From: Deltaproteobacteria bacterium | GTDB taxonomy: Bacteria > Myxococcota_A > UBA9160 > UBA6930 | Direction: 5' to 3' | DNA length: 64,000 nt | Assembly: GCA_016875395.1 (NCBI GenBank) | Contig: VGRF01000010.1 | Coordinates: 65,065-129,064 of the forward strand | Shown: in pieces, positions 36,806 through 47,407 of the stretch | How positions within the stretch are numbered: the stretch's first letter is position 1 | Layout: the number at the start of each line of letters is the position of its first letter | Translations under genes and position numbers: made by a program | Notes under the pieces: generated by a model | What the model was told of the DNA's origin: nothing | Databases searched by the model: none | What the model saw: the letters and a program-made list of their open reading frames with translations, nothing else

Positions 36806-38349
36806 GGGGCTTCACTCGGTCGCACATCGCGTGCTTTCACGGCTTCGAAGATCGCACGTGCAAGGACAGGAAACGCCGCCGCCTGGAACTGCGCATCGCC
36901 CATGTAACGCGTGACGATCGCGTCGTTGTCGGCCATGCGCTGCACCATCAGGTCCTCGATCAGCTTGCGCACGCCGAGCTCGAACTTGTCGAGCGGGTTT
37001 GCGCGCGCCGTGTCGATCACGCGCGGATCATTCGATGCCTTCTCTTGGATTTGTTGGAAGAACAGGCGGTCCTCCTCCGTGAACTGCGTGCCGAATCGTT
37101 CGTTCAGCAGCTCGATGATCTCCGAGAGCGGCGCTCGATCTTCCTTCGCCTTGGCGGTGCCCACCTCGCTCGGGCTCTTCACGCCCCACGGCTCGCCCTC
37201 GGCGACGTGGATCGGCCCAGAGAACAGGCGCTCGAGGCGGTAGTACTGAAGCTCGACGTCGTCGCCGAACCGAACTGTGAGGCGCTCGCGCTCATCGCGC
37301 AGGTACGGGAGCAAGAGCTTCCCGAACGAGTAGAGCTTCTCGAGCTCTGGATCGTTCCACGGCAAGACCTGGCTGACGAACGCGTACAGCTTCACGAACG
37401 CCGTTAGCTTCTCGCGGAACTCGCGGCGCGGTTCCTCCTCGAGCCCCTGGAAGCTGTCGACCGCGGGCTGGATGTGCTTCTGCATCTGCGCGTGGTCGGT
37501 CGCTGCGGCCTTCGCCGGCGGCTTGTAGAAGATGCGCGCGAACGCCTCGACTTCGCTCGCGTGGTAGACCTGCGCGAGATCGAGTTCGTGCTTCAGCGCT
37601 TCGAGCTGCGCCGGATCTGACGCCTCCGCGAGGCTGGTCGTGTCGTAGTAGGGCTTGAACGCGCGGTAGATGTTCTCCGCGTCGTTCACGAAATCGAGCA
37701 CGAACGGCGCTTCTTTGCCGCTCGCGGCGCGGTTCAGGCGCGAGAGAGTCTGCACGGCCTGCACGCCATCGAGCCGCTTGTCGACGTACATCGCTTGCAA
37801 GAGCGGCTGATCGAAGCCGGTCTGATACTTGTTCGCGACGAGCAGGATGTTGTAGTCGGGCGAGTCGAAGCGTTCGGGAAGCTGCGACTCGCTGATCGGC
37901 TTACAGCTCACCACGTCGCGATTCATCCCCGGCTCGGTGTACTCCTGGCCGTTCTCGGGATCGCGCACGCTCCCGCTGAACGCGACCAGCGGCCGCACGT
38001 CCGAGTAGCCGTGCTCCGCGATGTACGCCTGGAACGCGCGCATGTAGCGAACCGCGTGCAGGCGCGAAGACGTCACGACCATCGCCTTCGCACGGCCGCC
38101 GAGCTTCGCGCGCACCTTGTTACGGAAGTGCTCGATCATCACCTCCGTCTTCTGCTCCACGTTCACGGGGTGAAGCGTCATGAACTTCGCGAGCGCCTTC
38201 GCCGCCTGGCTCTTCGGCAGCGACGGATCCTCGGCCGCGGTCTTCACGAGGCGGGAGTAGGCCTTGTACGTCGTGTAGTTCGCGAGCACGTCGAGGATGA
38301 ACTCCTCCTCGATCGCCTGGCGCATGCTGTACGTGTGGAACGCCTCGGG
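36802..38349 (-). pseudogene. hsdR: C-terminal half of a type I restriction enzyme HsdR subunit (helicase C-lobe + C-terminal helical domain); N-terminal nuclease/motor half absent
   Basis: ORF 36802..38325 plus in-frame upstream APEAFHTYS. FHTYSMRQAIEEEFILDVLANYTTY, AMVVTSSRLHAVRY (motif IV), ILLVANKYQTGFDQPLL (V) and QTLSRLNR (VI). An in-frame TGA lies about 20 codons upstream of the Met. GC is lower than in the flanks. The stop overlaps the murI ATG (ATGA). Confidence 0.7.
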
Positions 38350-38554
38350 CGCAGTGGCCGATCGAGACGCCGAGCACGTTGCCCATCTTCAGCAGATCGC
38401 CGACCGCGGGCACCGCCTTCCCGTCCTCGAAGTCGCGCACGGCGGCTTCGGGGAGCGCGGCGCGGCGCGCGAGGTCCGCCATCGAGAGGCCGTTGTCTTC
38501 GCGCAGGCGGCGCAGCTTGCCGCCGACGTCGAGCTTGAGGAAGTCGTCGCTCAT
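38120..38554 (-). CDS. XRE-family HTH ORF; only the first roughly 65 codons look like real protein, and the rest runs out of frame across the hsdR fragment
   Basis: MSDDFLKLDVGGKLRRLREDNGLSMADLARRAALPEAAVRDFEDGKAVPAVGDLLKMGNVLGVSIG is a complete HTH_XRE domain. After about 38350 the sequence is frame-shadow. The ATG lies 3 nt after the E2 stop. Confidence 0.45.
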   Translation of the reverse strand: MSDDFLKLDVGGKLRRLREDNGLSMADLARRAALPEAAVRDFEDGKAVPAVGDLLKMGNVLGVSIGHCARGVPHVQHAPGDRGGVHPRRARELHDVQGLLPPREDRGRGSVAAEEPGGEGAREVHDASPRERGAEDGGDDRALP

Positions 38555-38557
38555 GGC

Positions 38558-39991
<1,434 letters not shown>

Positions 39992-40022
39992 GCGCTTCTC
40001 CGAGCCTGTAGTCACTAATGCC

Positions 40023-40136
40023 TCAATAATCGATCGCCCGCACGAGCGCGGAGAGGATTCGATCCGCGTTCGGCAGGTAGTGCTCTTCGAGCGTGTACGG
40101 GAACGGCAAAAACTCGGAGTCGCGGCGCGATGAGCG
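40023..40136 (-). pseudogene. Last roughly 35 codons of a 2-oxoacid dehydrogenase E1 beta subunit
   Basis: SEFLPFPYTLEEHYLPNADRILSALVRAIDY* with an in-frame TAA immediately upstream. No E1 alpha, and none of the rest of E1 beta, is present. Confidence 0.5.
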
Positions 40137-40140
40137 TTAG

Positions 40141-40344
<204 letters not shown>

Positions 40345-40357
40345 GCCCGCTGCCCGA

Positions 40358-41191
40358 TCACGAGCCGGTCGCGAGGAACTCGCCCACCACGCGCGCCAGC
40401 TCCGGGCCGTTGTCGAACATCACCGCATGCCCCGCGTTCGGGATCTGTGCGAGGCGCGCGTTCGCGATTACGCGCTCGGTCATCTTGCGCGCCACTTCTT
40501 CTGGGAGCATCGCGCTGCGTTCGCCGCGCGCGAGCAGCACGGGGCAGCGCAGCTTCGCGAGCGCGTCCCAGAGCGTGGCCTCGGTCTCGCGCAGCTCGTC
40601 CTCGGTGCCGAGCAGCTCGAGCAGCGCGGGGTCGAGCTTCGGCTCGAAGCGACCGTCGCGGCGCTGCACGAGGCTCGTGCGCGCGAGGCGATCCAGCGCG
40701 GCGCTCGCGGAGAGCGGATACGCGAGGCCGAGCAGCTTGCGGTACTCGGCGACGCTCTCGTAAGCGCGCGCCTGCTCGCTCACGTCGCTGGATGCGCGGC
40801 GCCAAGCATCGACCCCGAGCGCGGGGCCGCTGTCGATCATCACGAGGCGCGAGACGCGTTCGGGGTTCCGCGACGCGAAGAGCGCGGAGATGTTGCCGCC
40901 GAGCGAGTGGCCGACGAGCGCTGCGCGCTCGATGCCGAGCGCGTTGAAGATCTCGAGCAGATCGGCAGCGTGATCGAACAGGTGGTAGCGGCAGTCGAGG
41001 GACCAGCCGGAGTCGCCGTGCCCGCGCAGGTCGTGACGGATCGCTCGGTTGTCAGGGAGTGCGGCAGCGAGGTCGTCCCACACGAAGCGGTCGTTCGAGA
41101 AGCCGTGCACGAACACGACAGGTGAGGCGCCACCGCGCGAATCCGTCGCGGCCAGCTCGATTCCGTCGCGAGTGACGAGGCGCGCTTCCAT
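40358..41191 (-). CDS. Alpha/beta hydrolase, 8 nt downstream of the PKS
   Basis: Internal ATG (codon 127) of ORF 40358..41569. VVFVHGF, GHSLGG nucleophile elbow and a C-terminal GH. Confidence 0.8.
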   Translation of the reverse strand: MEARLVTRDGIELAATDSRGGASPVVFVHGFSNDRFVWDDLAAALPDNRAIRHDLRGHGDSGWSLDCRYHLFDHAADLLEIFNALGIERAALVGHSLGGNISALFASRNPERVSRLVMIDSGPALGVDAWRRASSDVSEQARAYESVAEYRKLLGLAYPLSASAALDRLARTSLVQRRDGRFEPKLDPALLELLGTEDELRETEATLWDALAKLRCPVLLARGERSAMLPEEVARKMTERVIANARLAQIPNAGHAVMFDNGPELARVVGEFLATGS

Positions 41192-41199
41192 GCGAACTC

Positions 41200-44100
41200 C
41201 TACGCGCCGCCGATCGAGGCGGCGAGGCGCTCGACCACGGCTTCGAGGTTGGGCTCGGCGAACAGCACCGCGGGCGGGATCTCGAGGCCCGCGGCTTCTT
41301 CGATGCGCGTGTGCAGCTCGACGCCCATCAGCGAGTCGAGGCCGAGCTCGCTGAGCGGGCGGTGCCAGTCGATGCGCGCGCGCGCTTCGGCGCTGAGGCG
41401 CAGCACGATCGCGAGCGCGGCGGCGACGATCTCGCGCAGCTTCGTGCGCCCGTCGGGCGAAGCGGCAGCGAGCTTCGAAGCGGCGCTCGCGTTCGCGGCG
41501 CCGAGCTCGCGCAGGATTGGGGCGCTCGCTGCGTTCCACGCGTTCGGCGCAGTGGCGTGCACTGCACACGCTGCGACGTCACTGCCTGCGATGCGCGAGA
41601 GCAGCGCGAAGGCCCCCGCGCTGGGCGCGACGCTCGCATCGAGCGCGAGGGCGGTCACCACATCACCGCGATCGCGGCGCGCGGCGGCGAAGTCCGCGAG
41701 CGGAATCTCGCCGAGCGTGAGCGAGGCGTTTGCGTCGCTCACGAGCCAGAGCGCTGCGCCCTGCTCCGCGGCGAACGAGGCGACCTCGCGAGCGCGCGGC
41801 GCGGCGTCGCCCGCGTCCGTTTCGTCGAGGACGAGCGCGACGAAGCGCAACGGCGCGCCGAGCTTGGCGCGCGCCGCCTCGAGGTCGTCGCTCGCACCGA
41901 GCCGCAACAACTCTCGCGGCGATTGCGCCGCAATCCAAGCGGCGAGCGCCGGAAAGCGCGCCTCGTCGCCGATCACCATCACGGCGCCGTTCGCGATGCG
42001 CTCGGACATCGAGAGCGGCACGAGCTGCGCGGACGCACGCTGCGCGAGCGAGATCACGACCTTCCCGGTGTGGCGCGCTTGCGCCATGAAGCGCACGGCG
42101 CGCCCGAGCTGTGCGACGGGGAAGACGCTGAGCGGGAATTCGAGCGCCGCGGGCGACGCAGCGATCGAGGCGCACAGCGATGCCGCGAGCTCGTCGGGCT
42201 TCGCGGCGAGTAGGCCCGCGGGATCGAGCGTGTGCAGCGAGACGTTGCGCGGTGCGCGCGAGAGCGTCGCGTGCGAGTCCCCGTTGCGAGCGAGCGCGAT
42301 GTAGCGGCCGCCGGGTGCGAGCGCGGCGAGCGGCGCGCCGTCGCCCGCGAGGTCGAGCGCGATGTCGAACGCGCCGGCCACTTCGGCGGGGCTGGATTCG
42401 GCGCGCGCTGCGACATTTCGGCCCGGCCGGAATGTCTCACCCGCGCGCGCGCCCAGCACGTGCGCTGCGCCGGCGCGCGCGAGGCTCTCGCGCTTGCGCG
42501 CGCTCCCGGCGCTCGCGGTGACCTCGGCGCCGAGCGCGCGCGCGAGCGCGACCGCCGCGTGCCCGATCGCGCCGCCCGCGGAGTGTACGAGCACGCGCTC
42601 GCCTTTGCTCACGCGCGCGAGGCCGTGCAGTGCGTAGTGCGCGACCGCGCGTGCGAGCGGGAGCGCGGCGGCGTTCTCGAAGCTGAGCGCTGCGGGCTTG
42701 CGCACGACGAGCGCGGCGTCCGTAACAACTCGCGAGGCGACGGACGCGCGCGCGAAGCCGAGGACCGCGTCGCCTGGCGCGAGCTCGCTCACGCCGGCGC
42801 CGACTTCGGAGACGATCCCCGCGACTTCGCAGCCAAGCCCGCGCAGCGCGTCGTCCTGTTCGAGGCCGAACGTGCGTAGAACGTCGAGGAACGAGAGGCC
42901 GGCGGCGTTCACCTCGATCGCGACTTGGCCGGGGCCGGGCGCGATCGGCTCGGACTCTCGCAACACCGCCGCAGAGAGGCGCTCGGGCGCTGCGGGCAGC
43001 GCGGTGAACTCGCGGCCGCGCGCGGGCTCGCGGCGCTCGCCGCTGGCGAGCGTGAGCGGCACGAGGCGCGGCGCGCTCGGAACGCCGTTGCGCGTCGCAC
43101 GCTGCGGTTCGTTCTCGCCCGATCCTTCGAGCTTTCGCCACGCGATCTCGTAGAGGAACGGGCCTGCCTCGGGCTTCGCGGGGCGCGCACGCCGCGCCAG
43201 TGCGATTCCTTCGAGCCGCGCGACGATCTCGCCACTGGCGCTGAGCAGCGCGACCTCCGCGCGCGCGCCGTCGAGCCGCGCGCTTGCGAAGATGTCGCCC
43301 GAGATGAACGCCGCACCGAGTGTGATGCGCTCGATCCCCGCAAGCTCGAAGCGTGTCGCGACGTCGCCGCGCGCGCGCTCGGCGAGGCGCGCGAGCAGCT
43401 GGAGACTCGCGTCGAGAACGGCGCCCGGAATCACCTCGTTGCTCGCGAGCGGCGCCGCGTGCGCAACGCGCGCGAGCGCTTCACCCGCGCCGAAGCTCGC
43501 CTCACGCAGCGCGCGGCGCTCCTTCGGTACGGACTCGCCCGCCGCGTCGAGCGCGGCGTAGAACGCATCGCGTGCTTCGGCGTTCGTGCAGCGCGCTTGC
43601 AGCGCCGCGAGGTCGAGCGCGCTCGCAGCGCTCTGTGCGCGCACGATGCGCGCGCTCGCGAGCGGCTCGAACGCTGCGTTCGAGAACGCGGCGCGCGTGG
43701 CGAAGCGCAGCGCAGCGCCATCCGCGGTTTCCCTCGCGGTGAGTTGCAGCGTCCGCGCGCCGCTCTTCGGAAGTGTGAGGGGCGCCGCGAGCGCGAAGTC
43801 CTCGACCCGAACGGCCGCATCGGGGAACGAGCGCTTCGCGACGCCGAGCGCGGTCGCGAGCAGCTCGCTCGGCGGAACGACGATCGCGCCGTCGCGCTTT
43901 GCCTCCGCGCCGAGCGCCTCGCGGAACAGGTCGATCTGCCAGAAGCGCTCGCCGCTCTCTGCGCTCTCGAGCTCGGTGGCGTTCGATCCGATCATGCCCG
44001 CGAACGGATGGGCGCTCTTGCGGCCGTCGACGCCGCGCTTGCCGCCGTACCAGTGCTCTTCGCGCTGGAACGGATACAGCGGCGTCGCAACGACTCGGCC

Positions 44101-46710
44101 CTGCGGGTGCACCGCGGCGAAGTCGATGCTCGCGCCGGCGCAGAAGAGCGCGCCGAGCGACGCGAGCATCTCGGCCTGATCGTCGGCCTCGCGGCGCAGC
44201 GACACCGCGACGTTCACGCGCTGCTTCGCGGTGCGGCCGATCTCTTCGAGCGAGAGCTTCAGCACAGGGTGCGGGCCGATCTCGAGGAACGTCGTGTGGC
44301 CCGCGGCGACTGCGGCGGCCGCCGCATCCGCGAAGCGCACGGGCTCGCGCAGGTTCTCGCCCCAATAACTCGCCGTGAGCGACTCACCCGCGACGACACC
44401 CGGCGTGACCGTGCTGAAGATCGGCACCGCGCTCGCGCTCGGCGCGACGCTCGCAACGCGCCGCGCGAGCTCGGGCGCGAGCGCATCCATGTGCGAGCCG
44501 TGCGAGGCGAACTCGACGCGCAGCTTGCGCGCGAAGACGCCGCGCGCCTCGAACGCGGCGACGACGGCCTCGATCGCGTCGATGTCGCCGGAGAGCACGG
44601 TCATGTTCGGGCTGTTCGCGCCAGCCACCGCAGCGCGGTTCCCGACGCGCGCGAGCTCTTCGTCGACTGCGCTCGCAGGCAGCGCGACGAGCGCCATCGC
44701 GCCGGGCGGCGCGAGCTCGCGCACCACCGCGCCGCGCGCGCACGCGATCAGCGCCGCGTCCGCGAGCGAGATCGCGCCCGCGATGTGCGCCGCGGCGATC
44801 TCGCCGCTCGAATGCCCGAGCACCGCGGCCGGCTTCACGCCCCAGTGCTCCCACTGCCGCGCGAGCGCGATCGCGATGCCGGTCAGGGCGGGCTGAAGCA
44901 CGTCGATGCGATCGAGGTCTTCGCCGCCGACTGCCCGCTCGAGCAGATCGCGGAGGGACCAGCGCACGTGCCTCCGCTGCTCCGCGTCCCACGCGTCGAT
45001 CGCCGCGGCGAACGCGGGCTCGCGCTCGAGGAGCGTCTTGCCCATGCCTGCCCAGTGCGTGCCGTGACCTGAGAACGCGAACACGACGCCCGTCGGTTTT
45101 GTGGCGACGCCGCTCGAAGTCGTTGGGGACGGCGCGCCCGAGAGGAAGCTCGCCAGCTCGCTCGCAAGCTCCGAGCGATCGCGCGCGACGACCGCCGCGC
45201 GGTTCGCGCGCAGCGTGCGGCGGCGTGCGTGCGTGTAGGCGACGTCGCGCAGCGCGGGGCCACCCCCGCGCGCCGCTTCTTCGCGAACGACATCGGCGAG
45301 CTCGACGAGCGCGCGATCGGTGTGCGCGCTGAGCGTCACGAGCCGCGGGCGCGCCGCCTCGTCTGCGAGCGCAGGCAGCGCAGGCGCTTCTTCGAGCACG
45401 ACGTGCGCGTTCGTGCCGCTGATGCCGAACGAGTTCACGCCCGCGAGTGCGCGCTCGGGATACGGCCAGGGCGCGAGGTCCTTCTGCACGCGGATCGGCA
45501 CCTTCTCCCACGGAATCTTCGTGCTCGGCGTCTCGAAGTTCGCCTGCGGCGGCAGCTCGCGGTGCTTCACGGCGAGCGTGGCCTTGATGAGTCCCGCGAC
45601 GCCCGACGCCGGTTCGGCGTGGCCGATGTTGCCCTTGACGGACGAGATCAGGAGCGGGCGCTCCTTCGCGCGGCCGGGGCCCATCACGTCCGCGAGCGCG
45701 GCGATCTCCACGGGATCGCCCACGACGGTGCCGGTGCCGTGCGTCTCGACGAAGTGGACGTCGCTCGGCGCGATGCCCGCGCGCTCGTAGGCGTCGCGAA
45801 TCGCTTGACCTTGGCCGAAGCGACCGGGCGCCATCATGTGCCCGCCGTCGCGGCCGTCGGCGCTGAAGCCGGTTCCCCTAATGACTGCGTGAATCGGGTC
45901 GCCGTTCGCGAGCGCGGCGGCGAGTGGCCGCAGCACGACGGCGCCGGCCCCTTCCGCGCGCACGAAGCCGTTCGCGCGGTCGTCGAACGCCTTGATCTTG
46001 CCGTCGGGCGCCATCATGCCCACGCGCGACAGCGCGATCATGCCTTCGGGCGTGATGAACACGTTCACGCCGCCAGCAATTGCGGTGTGCGTCTCGCCGC
46101 TCCACAGGCTCTGACACGCGAGGTGAACCGAGAGCAGCGAGGTAGAGCAGGCGGTGTCGATGAAGAAGCTCGGGCCGCGCGTGCCGAGCCAGAACGAGAT
46201 GCGCCCTGACAACACCGAGCCCGTGATGCCCGCAGCGCCCCACACGTCCATGTTGCGGCGGAAGCGATCCTCGCCGAGCACGGCGATGTGCTCGCGCGAG
46301 TAGTCCTCGTTCATGCGCCCGAAGATCACGGCCACGCGCTCGCCCATCAGCGCGTCGTGCGGAATGCCGGCGTCGTCGAGCGCGTCGAAGACGACCTCCA
46401 TCGCGTAGCGCTGGTGCGGCTCCATCGCGACGGCGTCGCGTGGCGAGAGGCCGAACACGAACGGATCGAACAGCTCGGGGTGATCGAGGAAGCCTGCGAG
46501 CTTCGACGAGATCTTGCCCGGCGTGCCCGGCCGCGGGTCGTAGATGTCGTCGATGTTGAAGCCGAGCTCGACGCGGTGCTGCGGCGGCTCGCTGATGCCA
46601 CTGCGCCCCTCGCGCAGCATGCGCCAGAACTGCTCGGGGCCGCGCGCGCCGCCGGGGAAGCGGAGCCCGATGCCGATGATCGCGATCGGCTCCGGAGCGC
46701 GCGGGATCAA
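41200..46710 (-). CDS. Single-module type I polyketide synthase: KS-AT-DH-ER-(KR-like remnant?)-ACP
   Basis: Part of ORF 41200..47106. KS: DTACSTSLL, HGTGT, GNIGHAEPASG. AT: GHSSGE, FASHG. DH: HPFAGM, LDASLQ. ER: an MDR fold with HSAGGAIGHAAV. ACP: LGLDSLMGVEL. The proposed TTG start at 46710 overlaps the upstream stop (TTGA). Confidence 0.9.
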   Translation of the reverse strand: MIPRAPEPIAIIGIGLRFPGGARGPEQFWRMLREGRSGISEPPQHRVELGFNIDDIYDPRPGTPGKISSKLAGFLDHPELFDPFVFGLSPRDAVAMEPHQRYAMEVVFDALDDAGIPHDALMGERVAVIFGRMNEDYSREHIAVLGEDRFRRNMDVWGAAGITGSVLSGRISFWLGTRGPSFFIDTACSTSLLSVHLACQSLWSGETHTAIAGGVNVFITPEGMIALSRVGMMAPDGKIKAFDDRANGFVRAEGAGAVVLRPLAAALANGDPIHAVIRGTGFSADGRDGGHMMAPGRFGQGQAIRDAYERAGIAPSDVHFVETHGTGTVVGDPVEIAALADVMGPGRAKERPLLISSVKGNIGHAEPASGVAGLIKATLAVKHRELPPQANFETPSTKIPWEKVPIRVQKDLAPWPYPERALAGVNSFGISGTNAHVVLEEAPALPALADEAARPRLVTLSAHTDRALVELADVVREEAARGGGPALRDVAYTHARRRTLRANRAAVVARDRSELASELASFLSGAPSPTTSSGVATKPTGVVFAFSGHGTHWAGMGKTLLEREPAFAAAIDAWDAEQRRHVRWSLRDLLERAVGGEDLDRIDVLQPALTGIAIALARQWEHWGVKPAAVLGHSSGEIAAAHIAGAISLADAALIACARGAVVRELAPPGAMALVALPASAVDEELARVGNRAAVAGANSPNMTVLSGDIDAIEAVVAAFEARGVFARKLRVEFASHGSHMDALAPELARRVASVAPSASAVPIFSTVTPGVVAGESLTASYWGENLREPVRFADAAAAAVAAGHTTFLEIGPHPVLKLSLEEIGRTAKQRVNVAVSLRREADDQAEMLASLGALFCAGASIDFAAVHPQGRVVATPLYPFQREEHWYGGKRGVDGRKSAHPFAGMIGSNATELESAESGERFWQIDLFREALGAEAKRDGAIVVPPSELLATALGVAKRSFPDAAVRVEDFALAAPLTLPKSGARTLQLTARETADGAALRFATRAAFSNAAFEPLASARIVRAQSAASALDLAALQARCTNAEARDAFYAALDAAGESVPKERRALREASFGAGEALARVAHAAPLASNEVIPGAVLDASLQLLARLAERARGDVATRFELAGIERITLGAAFISGDIFASARLDGARAEVALLSASGEIVARLEGIALARRARPAKPEAGPFLYEIAWRKLEGSGENEPQRATRNGVPSAPRLVPLTLASGERREPARGREFTALPAAPERLSAAVLRESEPIAPGPGQVAIEVNAAGLSFLDVLRTFGLEQDDALRGLGCEVAGIVSEVGAGVSELAPGDAVLGFARASVASRVVTDAALVVRKPAALSFENAAALPLARAVAHYALHGLARVSKGERVLVHSAGGAIGHAAVALARALGAEVTASAGSARKRESLARAGAAHVLGARAGETFRPGRNVAARAESSPAEVAGAFDIALDLAGDGAPLAALAPGGRYIALARNGDSHATLSRAPRNVSLHTLDPAGLLAAKPDELAASLCASIAASPAALEFPLSVFPVAQLGRAVRFMAQARHTGKVVISLAQRASAQLVPLSMSERIANGAVMVIGDEARFPALAAWIAAQSPRELLRLGASDDLEAARAKLGAPLRFVALVLDETDAGDAAPRAREVASFAAEQGAALWLVSDANASLTLGEIPLADFAAARRDRGDVVTALALDASVAPSAGAFALLSRIAGSDVAACAVHATAPNAWNAASAPILRELGAANASAASKLAAASPDGRTKLREIVAAALAIVLRLSAEARARIDWHRPLSELGLDSLMGVELHTRIEEAAGLEIPPAVLFAEPNLEAVVERLAASIGGA
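42413..42438. repeat. 26-nt exact copy (inverted) of the tetR-promoter palindrome, inside the PKS ER-domain coding sequence
   Basis: ACATTTCGGCCCGGCCGGAATGTCTC is the reverse complement of 47341-47366. It encodes ..GETFRPGRNV.. in the PKS. Confidence 0.85.
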
Positions 46711-47135
46711 ACGCGCTCCCAGATCAGGTAGCCCGTGGGTGCCTGCGCGTTGATCGTGAGCGGCGGCGTCTCGAGGATCAGGCGGTCGCCGTCGATCTTG
46801 AAGATGCGTTCTTGGTCGACCCCGACCCACTGCGGCAGCGACGCGACTTCGACGTGGTGAACGACGCGGTTGCCCTTCGTCTCGAAGCGCCCGCAGTAGG
46901 CGTTGAACTGATCGAAGTTCACGTTCTTCGCGGTGTCGGCGAGGTCGCTCGACTGCGGCTTCAAGCGATCCGCGCCCATGAACGCCGCCGACATGAAGCC
47001 CTGCGCGTTGTAGAAGAGGTAGCCGCGCGGCCCCTTCCCGAACGGGTACGAGACGTCGCCGTTCGGCATGCGCAGCTCGAACGAGAGCAGCTTCCAGGAG
47101 CCGCAAAGCGCGTGGCGGCCAGCGTCGTCGCTCAT
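46707..47135 (-). CDS. Lipocalin-like domain protein, first gene of the PKS operon
   Basis: 142-aa ORF. GSWKLLSFELRMPNGDVSYPFG..PRGYLFYNAQGFMS is typical of the small lipocalin-like beta-barrel family. Confidence 0.55.
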   Translation of the reverse strand: MSDDAGRHALCGSWKLLSFELRMPNGDVSYPFGKGPRGYLFYNAQGFMSAAFMGADRLKPQSSDLADTAKNVNFDQFNAYCGRFETKGNRVVHHVEVASLPQWVGVDQERIFKIDGDRLILETPPLTINAQAPTGYLIWERV

Positions 47136-47340
47136 CCGAACTTCCTCGATGGCTTTAGAGAGAGGTGGTCGCGAGGAGTCTCGGGGGTGGGCTCACTGCG
47201 CGCGGCGAAACAGCGTTCGCGCCAAACCAAGGACGCGGATGATGGGCGGATTCACGCGCGCTGTCTGTGCGGCGCGCCCGAAACCGCTGACTCGAAGCCC
47301 GCGCGCGTCTAATGCGGGGCGAGTCGATTGGCCCCCACGC

Positions 47341-47366
47341 GAGACATTCCGGCCGGGCCGAAATGT
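47341..47366. promoter_or_regulatory. Imperfect palindrome 42-67 nt upstream of the tetR ATG; candidate TetR operator
   Basis: GAGACATTCCGGCC|GGGCCGAAATGT(GTC). It sits in the divergent intergenic region between the PKS operon and tetR. Confidence 0.35.
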
Positions 47367-47407
47367 GTCACCTGGGTAAAGTGCGCCGACCTCGGGAGGG
47401 GGGACGC

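Noticed and set aside
46711-47106. N-terminal 132-codon extension of the PKS ORF (start at 47106)
   Set aside because: The extension is Arg-rich junk that overlaps, out of frame, the well-formed lipocalin-like ORF 46707..47135. KS homology begins right after the TTG at 46710.
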